Source: Octopus sinensis (Eukaryota). From it: DNA of 64,000 nucleotides. A program made the position numbers and the translations under genes. Under the pieces are notes generated by a model. It made no database searches. It was not told where the DNA came from and worked only from the letters and a program-made list of their open reading frames with translations. The stretch is from the NCBI RefSeq assembly GCF_006345805.1, contig NC_043001.1, positions 13,392,001 to 13,456,000 of the forward strand, written 5' to 3'. Below, in pieces: positions 40,028-53,758 of the stretch. Positions within the stretch are counted from its first letter, which is position 1; each line of letters begins with the position of its first letter.

Positions 40028-40110
<83 letters not shown>
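40028..40110. repeat. (TA)n microsatellite
   Basis: direct reading. Confidence 0.95.
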
Positions 40111-40113
<3 letters not shown>

Positions 40114-40319
40114 CGATTTCTTTCGCTGAGAAATATATGACGATGTTTGGTAGAGAAAAATAAAAACAGGAAGGATTTCCAAATAATGGGGAACATCCAC
40201 TTAGGATCAGAAAGCAGATCTCTTAATACTAGATAACGGAATGTGTTTTCACCAAGGCTTTTAAAATATCCTTTTCTACTTTCGGCACAAGGTACGAAAT
40301 TTTTAGGGAGGTGACCACT

Positions 40320-40418
40320 CAATTACATCGACTCTGGTACTTAATTTATTGACCCCTAATGAATGAAAGACAAAGTCAACCTCGGTGGAATTTGAACTCG
40401 GAACTTAAAGACAGACGA
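40320..40418 (-). mobile_element. SINE family B fragment
   Basis: diverged match to box B region. Confidence 0.7.
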
Positions 40419-40938
40419 GGGCTTTTAAAATATCAATATTTAGGATTATACTAGCGATAAAATATTATTTTAAATATCATTATCTTAAGAGTTAAAATTC
40501 GTGAGATATTTATGAGTTGACGGTTTAAAATTATGGTATGCTTGGAATGTTTTAGTTTTTGATAAAATAAGTTTCCAGAAACGCATTTATTGTAACAAAG
40601 AATGGAATAATAATGACATAGTGTCTGTCTACATTCAAAACAACGCAATTATTTATCATTAAACTGTTATTATTCCGTAGAGAATTATAATTATCATCTT
40701 TCTCTCAATGTCAGAATTACAGTAAATCGACCTCACACTATACAAACAAACTTTTGTCACTAACTGTATATTTGTAACATCTTTAAAATGTTGGGTTATT
40801 ATAACGCCCACTTATACTGTATACTTAGTACAAAAAAGTAAATGCACGGCTGTCTCTGTAAATACACGACTGTACCTACCATCTACCACCGTTCTTCACG
40901 TACTTCTCTTTACTTATAGTGATAATTATTCCATTCGT

Positions 40939-41164
40939 TAAGGCGGCGAGCTGGCAGAAACGTTAGCGAAATGCTTATTCGTATTTCGTCTGCCGTTACG
41001 TTCTGAGTTCAAATTCCGCCGAGGTCGAGTTTGCTTTTCATCCTTTTGAGGTCGATAAATAAAGCACCAGTTACACACTGGGGTCGATGTAATCGACTTA
41101 ATCCCTTTGTCTATCCTTGTTTGATCCCTCTATGTTTAGCCCCTTGTGGGCAATAAAGAAATAT
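40939..41164 (+). mobile_element. SINE family B inserted in Gypsy 3' LTR with 14-bp TSD
   Basis: ATTATTCCATTCGT at 40925-40938 and 41165-41178. Confidence 0.92.
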
Positions 41165-41239
41165 ATTATTCCATTCGTCACGTGGAAGTGGTATAAATTA
41201 TTACTTATTCTCTAAATCATCTCCTCCTTTTATGTTTTT

Positions 41240-42300
41240 CTTAGGAAGTGTCATTTTGTTTAGGAATATTTTTTTTCTTCACCCCATCTCCCTTTTTTGC
41301 GCTTGGTATCTATTTTCAGAAACTCTGTATGTTTTCTTTGCCTCTCATTTATACGCCTGGATCCAATGACCTGCAGTGACGTTCGTAATTGGAACGTATC
41401 GTACAACCATTCGATCGTTTCATCCAACTTCTTTTGTTCAGTTTCCACGAATCTCTTTTCCAGTTGGTCCCGCTGTCTCTTTTCTAGGCCTTTTCTACTT
41501 TTTACCCAATAAATCGTTTTACCAATGCATTTGGTAATTATGTATTCTTCCCAAATCAGTTTTCCATTCTGGCATGCCTTCATATACACCTTTTCGCCAA
41601 CTTTAAAGAATCTTGTTATACAGTTGCGGCCAAAATGTTCAGAACGGCATTGTTTTCGTCAGAAAAGTAGATATGCAGTAAATCACTAAATCACCCATAA
41701 CTTTTGTATGTCCTCTCAAATTACACCAAAATTTCAGGCAATAACAAATAATATCGTATTTATTGTCGGTGAAAATTATAGAATATGAAACAACTTTGAT
41801 AAAAACTTATATCTACTTTTCTGACGAAAACAATGCCGTTCTGAACATTTTGACCGCAACTGTATCTTCCCTGACACTTTTACTTTTCTTGCCAGGTAGC
41901 AATTTATCAAAGACTGATTGTACTTTCGTTGTAAACATCAGCACCGCTGGTGAGCTACCTGTCGGTGTATTCGGATTGGGTGTCACACGGCACACTCTTA
42001 AACATTGTTGTACTGCTACCTCATCCGTGACATTGACAAAATTTCTGCTTGTCCATTAGATTTGGGATGGTAGGGTGCCATAGGTATATGTCCCACCGCA
42101 AATTGCGTTCCATTATTAGACACTGGAATATCACATCTTGCAAATAATTCTTATAAAAATTTATCACGGTTGAGGAGGTTGGTTTTTTACTCTTACTAAT
42201 TTCAGGCCATTTCGAGAAACTATAAACTATCACTAAGTGGCAAGAACCATTTTAAGGACCAGCGAAATCGATGTGTATATTCGACCACTGAACATCTACA
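41240..42300 (-). pseudogene. Gypsy integrase remnant
   Basis: WSNIHIDFAGP..VIVYSFSKWPE..NNGTQF..PYHPKSNGQAE; CRVTPNPNTPTGSSPAVLMF; W.E.IITKCIGK.IYWV..R.RDQL. Confidence 0.82.
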
Positions 42301-42589
42301 TTTGAACAATGTTTACTTATTATCGTGGGCAATTTGTTATTTCGTTTTCACTTACATAGAAGTATTCCACCGTTTTACTGCATTTTTTTGTTTCAGTCCC
42401 TCAGCCACATCCGAACTTTCGACTGGATCGACTATATATCCACACAAAACAATTATGGTCGTATCCCATACTTCGAATAATTCCATATATTCTGCGATGA
42501 ATAAATTGCGTGAACACATCATCTTTGTATCTTTTGTTTGACTTCGAAATGTTACGCTACATACAAATTCACCGAAAAATACAATCTTT

Positions 42590-43009
42590 GGATCTTTTCG
42601 GTTTGAACGGCAGTTTTTTGTAGTGGTGTCATATGAAATTGTCACCCATAATTATGACCGAAGTATCGATCTATTGCATTTCAATCTGTTTTAGGGTTAG
42701 GGTTAGGGGTGGAGATAAGGGCATCTTTTTTTTCTTCAGAAATGTAAATAAACCCAATCTGTTTCTTAAACGAGGGACATATTCATACGGCATAGAATGT
42801 TTTTTTTTACCTAAATAGACGTCAGTGATTGGTTAAAATTGCAGAAATTGAAGAGAAAAACAACAAATATCTTACAAACTATAGAATTTTCTGAATAAAG
42901 CCAAGAGAAAAAGATGTTTTATAAACACATTCTACCAGTATACGAAGTTTAAAAATTTTTAGTTACCTAGAAATTATGTTAAAAACTGCCGTTCAAACCG
43001 AAAATATCC
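42590..43009. mobile_element. Merlin-like MITE with 29-bp TIRs and 8-bp TSD
   Basis: GGATCTTTTCGGTTTGAACGGCAGTTTTT / AAAAACTGCCGTTCAAACCGAAAATATCC; flanks CAATCTTT / TAATCTTT. Confidence 0.8.
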
Positions 43010-43249
43010 TAATCTTTTTTCCCATAAAACCATGTGCTACTTTTTCCGATTTAATTGATTTTGGCTTATCAACTTATTTCCACGTTTTTCCCTTCGTAAT
43101 GGCGATATCTCTTTTTTCTGATTTTCACCTTATATTATCATCCTTATCTTATCAATTTCTTCCTATGACATACTAAGAATTATTTTTCCTTTGTTCTAAC
43201 GTTTTGTCATCCTCGTTCTACAGTACTTCGTTATATATCCTATATTTCC

Positions 43250-43935
43250 ACAACAAAAGCACCCTACTTTTTCAAATGGAGAACTTTTCCTCGAGTGTAA
43301 ACCCCCACATGCAAAACGTGGGTTTATTCCCTGATTTTTTTTCATGTTTTTTTAGCAAACACTATCTCTTTTCTGACCATTTCGCACTTGCGTTACTTGG
43401 AAACAAACTTTACGTTCAATTGTCTCTATGTTGCATCTTAATTTGACTATCCTTTCACACTCTTCTGACACTTGCTGTAGGGTTACGTCCTGGTTTTGTT
43501 CCAGCTTTGCTAGAATTCTAGTTCTAACTTTGCGTCCTTTTCAGCAGCAAGTTCCTGTGTAAAAATCAGGCATTTGACCATATCTGGCGTCAATCCATCC
43601 AGCTTAGATGTCTCTCATTCCGTTTACCAAGATATGTGATATAGCCCTCATCCAATTTTCTCTATGTTCCGACACTTCCAACGTGTGTGCAACCATAAAC
43701 GTTTTCCTATGAAATTTTTACACAACATATCTAGTGTGCCATTAAAGTTCATGTGAGGAGTTTCCCTTTGGAGTACATAATTACTCTATCACTCATGTTC
43801 TGTTGCCGCCAGTTTTCTCAAGATTAAGTGCGTTTTCTTCTCGTCGTCCCAATCTTTACATTCTTTCTCAAATGTTTGCTCATATCTTCTGTAATATACT
43901 TCGAAAGTAACTCCTTCGTCAGGTTAGTATTTGAA
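43250..43935 (-). pseudogene. Gypsy gag remnant
   Basis: TFEVYYRRYEQTFEKECKDWDDEKKTHLILRKLAATEHE...CLIFTQEL...CGGLH knuckle-like. Confidence 0.7.
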
Positions 43936-44714
43936 GTCTGTTATTGAGATCGCCACAAATTCTGTCCAGAACAATTTTTCTGACTTTCCTGACGACATCG
44001 GTAATTGTAGCATTTGTTCCCGCAATATTATTTGTTCCTGTTCCTTCTGTTGTATCTGCTTGTGTTGATATTCTTTCAGCTGTTTCAGGTGTTGTTGCTT
44101 TAGCCGTTGTCCTTGCAGTTCTAGCCGCTGCTTATTCTTCCAGTTGCTGTTGTTACTATTTTTGCTACTCGTGCTAACCGGCCAACAAATTTTCCATAAT
44201 CTTACGATTTTTTTGTTTCAGAAAATTCGCACAACAAACCATTTAATGAATTTATTACCTCCCTTTCGAGTTTCTATTAGCTCAACGAGAACGGGATTAT
44301 CCTCGTCGAGTTTATTAATTACTCGTGAGTTCTTTAAATCCCCGTCGACACTGTTACAACACGTAAGGTGTTAGATTGTTATAACGCACACTTCGGCATA
44401 GGGTATTCTTAGTAAAACCAATAAAGATACTACTATGCCTAACCACATCCTACGTATTTCATTACTTCACGTACTCCTCTTTACTTATAGGGGTTAGGGT
44501 ATTACATTCGTCACAATCGAGTGGTGTATCATTATTACAAATTTCCTACAACAATATTATATCAAATAACATTTAACTTTACGCCTATTAGCCACGTCCT
44601 TGTATTCCCGTGTATTTCTTAATTTGAGATGATCATACTACTTTCAGGTGAGCAACACGATCTGGCTAATTAGCTGTCAGAAACGGCACATCACAATACA
44701 TATATATATATATG

Positions 44715-44769
<55 letters not shown>

Positions 44770-44787
44770 GTGTATGTATGTATATAT

Positions 44788-44820
<33 letters not shown>

Positions 44821-45329
44821 TTCTTTTTATTGCTGATTTTGAAAGAGAAATTCACCTGGAAATAATAATTAACTCTTCTATGCGTTTGCACGACTATTTC
44901 TCTCGCCTCAAATAACGATGTCTGTTAAGTTAGGTTTGCACATGGAATATCATTTGATAAGCATGTTTCACTAACATATACGTATGGGAAAAATAACGGA
45001 GGTATCACTTCTTTTTATTTGACTATGTTTTCAGATGGTATTATGAGAAATTCAGAAATGCCCATATGTATTATGTATACTACAGATACAGGCCTCTGAT
45101 TTTCTTATCATGTTATAAGTTTTCCATTAGAGTAAAACTTATCAGTTTTACATTAGAGTGAATGATGTCTCAAGACATTTTTGAGATCAAATTTATTATA
45201 TTTTGGCTTTCGTTATCTTCCTCGAAAGAATACTCAAGGAAATAGTAACGCCTCACAATGCAATTCTCATTGATAACAAGGAAAAATACAATTTGTAAAT
45301 AACACCAGGTCTACAATGATTTCTTTAGA

Positions 45330-45910
45330 AAATTAAGAATAGAAGTAGGAAAATCACCTGCTTCAACACTTACTTTAAAAAATACTAATCAGCACAAAAA
45401 CTTCCACCCTAATCAGAAGTATGAAAAACTACTTGAAGAACACCACATAATACTCTCATATTGTACTAGCAGCAACTTTGAAAAAAAAAAGCTGTTGCTA
45501 ATTGTAACCACAAAATCTATTGAAAACCAAGATCGTATACAGAATAACAGCAGTTGCAATCTTTTCATCCTGCTGTCTCTCAGTCGTAATCAAAAATACC
45601 ACGCCAACCAATACATTTACATATATAGCAACCAATTCAAAACATGATACAACCAAGACGCATACACATTTCGCAACCCAAACAGAAAATATGGTACATT
45701 TCTATCCAAACATTAAAATTATGAAACCCTCCATTTACTATTAACTGGCAAATATTATTAGACACAAAACCATGCAAAGGTAACAACAAACCCTGCCAAC
45801 TCTGTACTACAGTATCCTACCACATTCTTATACTCAGGAACCAAAGAGCTAATTCAAACTCCGAACTAGTCCCATTATGTAAGCACAAAATCTTTAAAGC
45901 ACTAAAATAC
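45330..45910 (+). pseudogene. Penelope-like element remnant (RT C-terminus / GIY-YIG region)
   Basis: KNFHPNQKYEKLLEEHHIILSYCTSSN...INWQILLDTKPCKGNNKPCQLCT, resembling the PLE SY.C..N and I.W.IL...C.LC..E motifs; many frameshifts. Confidence 0.6.
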
Positions 45911-46631
45911 CTTCAGAAAGGAATGCTGGCATTTGTAGTACAAGATAGCAATACTTTATATGATTTTCTAACGGCTAAATATGAAAACAACTTCTCAGCC
46001 CACCTCCCAAATTCTCCCTTTATCGTTCACTATCTCCGTAATAATACACATCAAAATATTGGATATCGCATTAAACAATTCATGAAGGTATCATCCATGA
46101 GTTTCCACATTTCCAACCAGTTCACACAAAATCTACTTAAATCAGTCCACGCACACGCAAAAATCACGCGTATGCGTTTACGCAAAGATAGGTAGCTGAA
46201 TCACTTGGGACAGAATTTCTTGCGCATACTTAAGAATTCCCACTGCTTTCATATTCTAATGAATACTAATAACATACTATAAGAAATAATTATTTAAAAA
46301 AAGAATATACCTATAAACGTCAGCCCTTGAACACTTACATTAAAACTTATAAACAGCAACTAAATATTTTCCTGAACTTTAATCTCCTGGAGATACATAT
46401 GTTGTCAACAAATTTTAAGCCTACTTACATTCTTGTGGGTAGAGTAAAACATTGAATAAACAGATTTTCTATAATAAATTCCGCCAAGAATCGAAGTCAC
46501 GAACTTACGATCCACAGCTGCATACACTAAGACACTACACATGCACATTACATGTATTTGGGCGTGTATATACAAAGACATATCTATACACACACGCAGA
46601 CACGCACATATATACACGAATATATATATAT

Positions 46632-46697
<66 letters not shown>

Positions 46698-46737
46698 CAC
46701 GAATATATATATATATGTATATATATATATATGTATA

Positions 46738-46776
<39 letters not shown>

Positions 46777-47730
46777 AGCAAAGGGGAGCAAATATTCAAA
46801 AGTGAATATTTATATAGATATTATTATTGCTATTATTATCGATGGCAATATAAATAATTGATAATAACCCTAATAATAATGGAATTGGATGCAGACCTAA
46901 ATTAGCATTATATAGCTATATAACTGAAAGTCACATCATAAGAGCACACGAAAGAGCCAGCCTATAAGAAATTACGTATTTTTCACACTTTAGTTATGTC
47001 CTGCACATAATGTGTATTTTTTATGTATTTATAATTGACCGCCACTCAGCATTTTCCACAGTAAGTACTTGCATGTATATACAATTTTTGCGACGCAACA
47101 CTCTCTTTTATTTATTTCTCTCTATCCCTCTATAATCCTCTTTGTTTTTTTTTTCACTCCCTACTATCTTTCGTTCTTTGTCACATCTCCTAACCCCCTT
47201 TCCTTCTTTCCCTCATCCTTTCTCCTGTCACGTTTCCACTCTACCTGTTGCCCACACGTGACTATAGGTCTTTTTACCCGCCTCTCACTTTTCTGGATGC
47301 GACGTCCATCTAGCTGGACGTCATTTCCCTGTTCTTTAGTCCCTCGGCATTTTTCACTTTTACTATTTTCTTCTCTTCTCTTTATTATATAACCTGCCTT
47401 GGTCTAACGGACCTTAATGTTCGCCTTCATCGATTATCAAATATGTACGTCCAATCTGTTGATATTTGTTCGTTACAAGCCTTAACTCTCCAGACATTTT
47501 ATATTAAAAAATTTTTGGGATGCTGTTGTCTTCTAAAGTTTTTCTATTTAGTCATTAAACGCACGAAATAGGTAGTAGTAAACTGTCGAGAACTGATGAT
47601 CGAGTTGTCTTCTTTTGGTATTTTGTCCTGTATGTAACTCCCGTATGTGTGTGTGTACGTACTTTTCACTCGTTGGTAAATCCTGTGCTTAATGTGTATT
47701 TTTATTTACTTATAATTCTACGCTACACCG

Positions 47731-47827
<97 letters not shown>

Positions 47828-49626
47828 AACTTCCACACTAATATATAGTTCGGTTCGATATATGTCATTCGATTGGGACTTAAAAGCTTCAATTATAATA
47901 TAAACTGACATTTTCGGCATGAACAAATGAAATAAATTAATAGAAGCTATTTTTCCTTCCGCCATTTATGGCGACAAAGGCCTAGAATTATTTTCCTATA
48001 ATAAAACACTTTCAACTTTCAATAGAATATTATACACTTCATAGCTTTCTCTATGTTTACGATATATTAATATAGTGACCTGTCTTGATAGGTACTCGAC
48101 CGGAATATTTCTACAAACTATTTGTATTCTACAGTCGTATTCCCTCAAGATAAGTGCCCCATTTCATGTTTATCATGCTCCACTTTGAACATTCTCACTG
48201 TCATATGTAGCGGTCAAATTCGAAATGCAATTTTTATTCTAAATTTGTTGACCATTTCGTTATTTGCAGTATCCACTATTCTATTTCGTATATTTCCCAG
48301 AATATTTACAAACCTATAACACGATGGCTGTGTCCTCTTCAACCATCAGTGTGTCCATATATATCTGCGACACAAATATACCAAACAGACGTTGAAATAC
48401 ACAATTCGAATGTATTGATAGAAGGTGACGCCTTAATCTTGCCGGTCGGGACACATGTAAGCTCCAATGAATGTTTTTTTTTGTATGTATGTCAATTTGT
48501 ATCTAGAGGAGTATTCTCCCGAAGAGAAGATTAGAAACTGCAAGGGAGAATTAACCTTTGATTTTTAAGCTGTGAATTTTATGTCATGTCATCCGCCGAC
48601 AACTTTATTGTGAAGAGATAGAATATGAGTGTTGATAGTGGCTTTACAATAGTTCTGACTGCTATTTCTTGACATGTAAGAGTTTTTGCAACCCTCTCCG
48701 TTATAATTGTGATTTATCCATAATTACACAAATTTCTTTCATGAAATTTATTATTACATGTTTGGCCTTTCTTATATTCATACATAATTATGAACTGCTT
48801 ATGATATATCCTTCGTAATGTAGTCTTACATTCCTTTTTAATTATATATATATCCCTCTCTTTCTCGCTGTTTGCTTCATATACCAGATATTACTTTCGA
48901 TTTTAACACAATAAACGAGAAGTTACTGCAAGTTTATAAACACGGGACGTAACGCACTCACACATATATCTATCTATATCAATATACCTCTCTATCCATC
49001 TATCTCTATCTATCTGTATCTCTCTATATCTATCTATCTCTCTGTATCTATCTATCTATATCTTATCTATATCTGTCTATCTGTACCTATCTTATTTGTC
49101 TGTCTTACTAGATAGCTTTCTCTCTCACTCTGTCTTTTGTCGTTCTCTCTATCTATCTCTACTTATTTCTATATCTCACCCACTCTCTATTTCATTTTTG
49201 AGACGTTATTGTTTTCTAAGTCGCCATTGTTTCACCTTAAGTTCAATATCTATTGTTTTCACTGTAAGTTTTTAATCGTTATTTACAAGCAGCAACGACA
49301 ATTTACTGATAGAAAGTAATTTCATAATTTACTGACAGAAGTAACTTCATGAATTTCACCTCAATACTTACACTTAATAAATTTCTCTAAAAGATTTCTA
49401 TTTACTTTTGCAACGGTTTTTTTTCTGTTGTTGACGTTTTTTCTGGCTCCTTCGATACTGGCTCTTTCGTTCACTGAGTGACAAATTTCTCTTCGACCCG
49501 TACAATTCTTTATTTTCCCTCCTAAATACTTCTTATTCAGTTTCTACTCCTCGTATTAAGAAACATAATTCCCGTTACCATTTTGCATAACCGAGACGGC
49601 GTTTTAAAATTTCATTTTATTTAAAT

Positions 49627-49652
49627 CGGGCAACGCCGGACATTTCCGCTAC
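49627..49652 (+). mobile_element. Helitron-like 3' terminus
   Basis: CGGGCAACGCCGG hairpin then CTAC, similar to the end of 5642-6041. Confidence 0.5.
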
Positions 49653-50112
49653 AATATATGTGTGTGTGTGTGTATGTGTTTGCGTGTGTGTATCTGTGAT
49701 TGACAAACGAGGAAAATGAGCGCTCAACAACGCATTGGTGGATATTTCTTTGTTTGTGAATTAAAGTTACCATTCGTTTCATGATATGAAATATGTCCTA
49801 GTGTCTTAATGAGACGGTTTGCCACCTCTCTCAATGTGATGGGCTTGAAAATTTGTTAAGACACTGGGATATTTTCTTATTTTTCGTAACATGAAGCAAA
49901 TAAAGAAATTATATCCACCAATGCAGTGTTGAGCACTCATTTTCATCATTCCATATTTACGTACTAAATCTTCCAACATCAACAAACAACAGTTAATCAC
50001 AGAAAACGAACAGAGAATCCAAAAAAACCATAGAAAGCACGAAATAATGACATTACTGAAATATAAATACGTGTGTGTATGTGCGCGCTCTCATGTTCGT
50101 TCATATATATAT

Positions 50113-50339
50113 TTCTTTACTAGCCACAAGGGGCTAAACACAGAGAGGACAAACAAGGACAGACAAACGGATTAAGTCGATTACATAGACCCCAGTGCAC
50201 AACTGGTACTTAATTTATCAAGCCCGAAAGGATGAAAGGCAAAGTGGAGCTCGGCAGAATTTGAACTCAGAACGTAACGGCAGACGAAATACGGCCACGC
50301 ATTTCGCCCGGTGTGCTAACGTTTCTGCCAGCTCTGCCA
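50113..50339 (-). mobile_element. SINE family B with 18-bp TSD
   Basis: GTTCGTTCATATATATAT at 50095-50112 and 50340-50357. Confidence 0.92.
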
Positions 50340-50716
50340 GTTCGTTCATATATATATCTACAGATGCGCGCATTCTCGTCAACACGAACAGCTTCCCTGT
50401 CCATATACTGATACGCACCCTCGGATCAACACACACTGATTTTCTGTCCACCACATGGTTGATTTCTTTTCTAACACGCGGTCAATTTCCTGTTCACCAG
50501 TCGGTATTTCCTAACTAACTATTGTGACTGATATACCGATATATCGACATCAAACCACGATACCACCCACCTTATGATATATCAACATCAAGCCAATCGC
50601 TCCCACCTTATGATAATAACAATCAACTTATATCATTCAGATTCAAAATGGCTGAAGATTAGCATCAAGCTTCAAACTCAGGGTACCAACGAATGTCAAA
50701 AAAGAAAATGTTTTGA

Positions 50717-50930
50717 TCCATATATATATATATATATTATATAAAATCCGTTCTGTCTGTCTGTGTGTGTGTTTTCTAGGAATCTCAGGCATCCTTCATC
50801 CGATTGCGCTCAAATTTGATTTGTAGATACCGACGGTATCAGGGCGTGTATAAGTCTTGCAAAAATTACAAAAATCGATTCCAGGGGAGAATGCGATCGA
50901 TAAAGTGAATAAAATCGTTTTTCTTCGGAA
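50717..50930 (+). mobile_element. Helitron/HINE-like 5' fragment
   Basis: A|TCCATATA..ATAAAA, GTCT repeat, CCGATTGCGCTCAAATTTG; no matching 3' end seen downstream. Confidence 0.5.
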
Positions 50931-51109
50931 TAGAAAAAAAGGCTATCTTTATTTCTTCTTTTGCTGGTTAAATCAGTGTTTCCCAAATGGTGGGGCCTGT
51001 GGGACGGTCGTACAAGCTGTTTTGAGAAAACACCGTCCATTGGACGGGGGGCGTTTTGCTCGCATATATAAATATATATAACAGTTTCTATCCCAGTCAG
51101 TCATCCCGG

Positions 51110-51856
51110 TTTTCAAACAGGGAAACAGATCCCTCGCACTCAACTATCGCCCAATCTCACTCACCTCCCACATCAATAAAGTGTTTGAAAGAGTGTTAAG
51201 ATCAAGGATAGCTGACTTCTTGGAGACCCACAAACTCCTAAATGCAAATCAGCATGACTTTTGTTGTGGCAGGGACTGTCTAACACAGCTCTTACACCAC
51301 ATTGAAGATGTACTCAAAGCCTTGGGAACAGGTTCGAACTCTGATGTCATATATCTTGACTTCAGTAAAGCGTTCGACAGGGTAGACCATAATATCCTAC
51401 TCTCAAAATTGGCAAATGTTGGAATCCGTGGAAAAGTTCTACACTGGATTAAGTATTTCCTGGCAAATAGAACACAACATGTTGTAGTTGATGGAGTCCA
51501 CTGAAGCGCAGCAAATGTCACCAGCGGTGTCCCCCAGGGGACTGTCTTGGGTCCGCTACTCTTCATAATTTACATAAAAGACCTTTCCAGTGTCGTACGT
51601 TACTGCAAAGTGAAAATATTTGCTGATGACACTAAGCTCCAACAAATCGTCAATGAAGAAGCAGACCGAACTCAACTCCAGTCTGATCTATATGCTGTGA
51701 GTCAATGGGGGGACAGAAGCAAAATGCAACTGAACGACGGAAAAATTGAGCTGATACATTTTGGAAGAAATTCCTCACTAAAACAGCCATACTTTCTTCC
51801 TTCAGGGGAACCGCTCACAGCCTCTAACAATATCAGAGACCTGGGTGTAATTGTGT
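51110..51856 (+). pseudogene. CR1-like LINE reverse transcriptase fragment
   Basis: NYRPISLT..YLDFSKAFDRV..(TGA 51502)..SGVPQGTVLGPLLF..FADDTK..DLGV in one frame; truncated at microsatellite. Confidence 0.9.
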
Positions 51857-51879
51857 GTATATATATATATATATTATAT

Positions 51880-51930
<51 letters not shown>

Positions 51931-52236
51931 GCCTGTATCGCAGGTAAAGTAGACATTCTTTTTATTCCAAACAATTTATATACTGCAACAGTAGTTTTAA
52001 ATTTAAAATAATGAAGCACAAAATTAATGTAAGAGAAATATTTTATTAATCTTATGCTGCTGGCGAGTAATTTATTGTATATTTATGTCAAGTAATACCG
52101 CATGAGTTAAATATTTCTTCATTAAATATTTATGAAATCGTATATCATACTTCCCCGCACGGAGCGCACACCTACACACAGATACACAAATATATTTATA
52201 TGTGCATATATGTATATATACATATATGTGTATATG

Positions 52237-52267
<31 letters not shown>

Positions 52268-52344
52268 ACATATGTATATATATATGTATATATATAGATA
52301 GATACATACATACATACATGCATACATATGTGTATATATGTGTG

Positions 52345-52381
<37 letters not shown>

Positions 52382-53021
52382 TAATATGAACATTACTTGG
52401 CGATATTTTAAATCCTCCTACATATTAATATCATTCAAGTACGGTAGAATTTGAGTAATATTCTTGAGGCCGCAATTTACTCACATTCAGCATCTTTCAG
52501 AGCTTGTCGTTAATTCATTTCATGACCAAATTCAAAACTGCTAACATTTTTGAAGAAGACTGGTCCCTAACTCCATTTTGGCATAAAAAGATCCAGTAGA
52601 AAAAAGTTTACATCAAAATTTGAAGCAACGTCATAGGGGTTTAACCAATCAAGTTTAGGTCTAAATAACTTTTTTTTTATGTTAAAATCAAAATATATTT
52701 TTCTTAGCTTCAATGATAGAAGAAAGCATGAGGTATTTCATAGTTTTGTTTCCATGCAACCAAAATTTGTATCAAAATAGTTGTGAAGGAAAATATTGTA
52801 AGGCAAAAACTTGGATTTAAGTATAATTAAATTTTAAAAAGAGAGCAAACTGTATTTTAATGAAGCGTAAACTATTGGGCTTAATTCAAGTAATTTCACG
52901 GTATCAACATCATGCAATGAAGTGTTAAAAGAAAAACTCATGAGTGGTTGTTTCTCAAATTTGAGGGTGATAATATACATTATTTACAATATTTACATTT
53001 GTCCTCATCTTGTTTGTTGTT

Positions 53022-53067
53022 AACACAACCTTTCGGCTGATATAATCTCCAGCCTTCATCAAATGTT
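53022..53067 (-). ncRNA. decayed minimal Penelope-type hammerhead
   Basis: AACAU-UUGAUGA-A-GGCUG-loop-CAGCC-GAAAG-GUU-GUGUU; two core substitutions. Confidence 0.5.
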
Positions 53068-53110
53068 TTGGAGAACCTGGGTTCTCATTCCTAAGGTATT
53101 ATTATTATTA

Positions 53111-53159
<49 letters not shown>

Positions 53160-53713
53160 GAGTGAGCGAGCAGAGCATGCCATCAAAGTGACACTGGGGT
53201 AAAATATACGAGGCCCAGTATACCCATCATGACTACCCGTCTGATAAGGGTACACCAGGCACATGCATCACAACCATATGTGCGCGACATGGTGATCTCA
53301 TATCAAGATAAACAGCACATGACCTTGCAGGTGGGGCCCAGTTAGAATTTTCTTCAGTTCGAGTAACCCATCCCGCTCAAAAGGTCCCTGAATAATGGTT
53401 GTTTAAGGACGTTGAACGAAACACCCATGTTTCCAGAGGTGAATTATTCAAACCCCAAAGAATCCTTCTCAACACATGGCTATGATGCTCCCCCACTACT
53501 TCTGCTCGTGATCAGAGATGCACATATCGTCAGCCACTAAGGGACATGCTCAACTGGTTAAGGTCAAACAACTGACAAGCAAATCTGTGGTATTGAGCAG
53601 AATATTTGCTGTAGCCCATCTTTTATACCAAGACAAAACAATGTACATGATAAAACTTCCAATCAGTTAAGATCAGAAGCCATGAGAGCCACTGCCTGGT
53701 ACTGCATCAGGGC

Positions 53714-53717
<4 letters not shown>
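53160..53717. mobile_element. unclassified ~560-bp GC-richer segment between two (ATT)n tracts, probable interspersed repeat
   Basis: sharp (ATT)n boundaries at 53098-53159 and 53717-53757; no ORF; identity not established. Confidence 0.35.

Positions 53718-53757
<40 letters not shown>

Positions 53758-53758
<1 letters not shown>

Larger units (their letters stand above)
40740..44553 (-). mobile_element. decayed Gypsy LTR retrotransposon lacking RT/RNase H
   Basis: paired LTR remnants starting TG at 44553 and 41219; PPT at 41220-41231; PBS-like AACTCGACGAGG ~44300; gag, protease and integrase remnants in order; inner LTR ends approximate. Confidence 0.78.

Noticed and set aside
42691-42708. 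Telomere
   Set aside because: Only three repeats, internal to a MITE
50543-50615. ~37-bp imperfect tandem duplication
   Set aside because: Only two diverged units; ordinary slippage
50974-50987. hAT-like TIR CAGTGTTTCCCAAA
   Set aside because: No partner TIR or TSD found
53640-53717. HDV-like ribozyme at the end of the ATT-bounded segment
   Set aside because: Could not build P1/P2/P3 nested pseudoknot by eye
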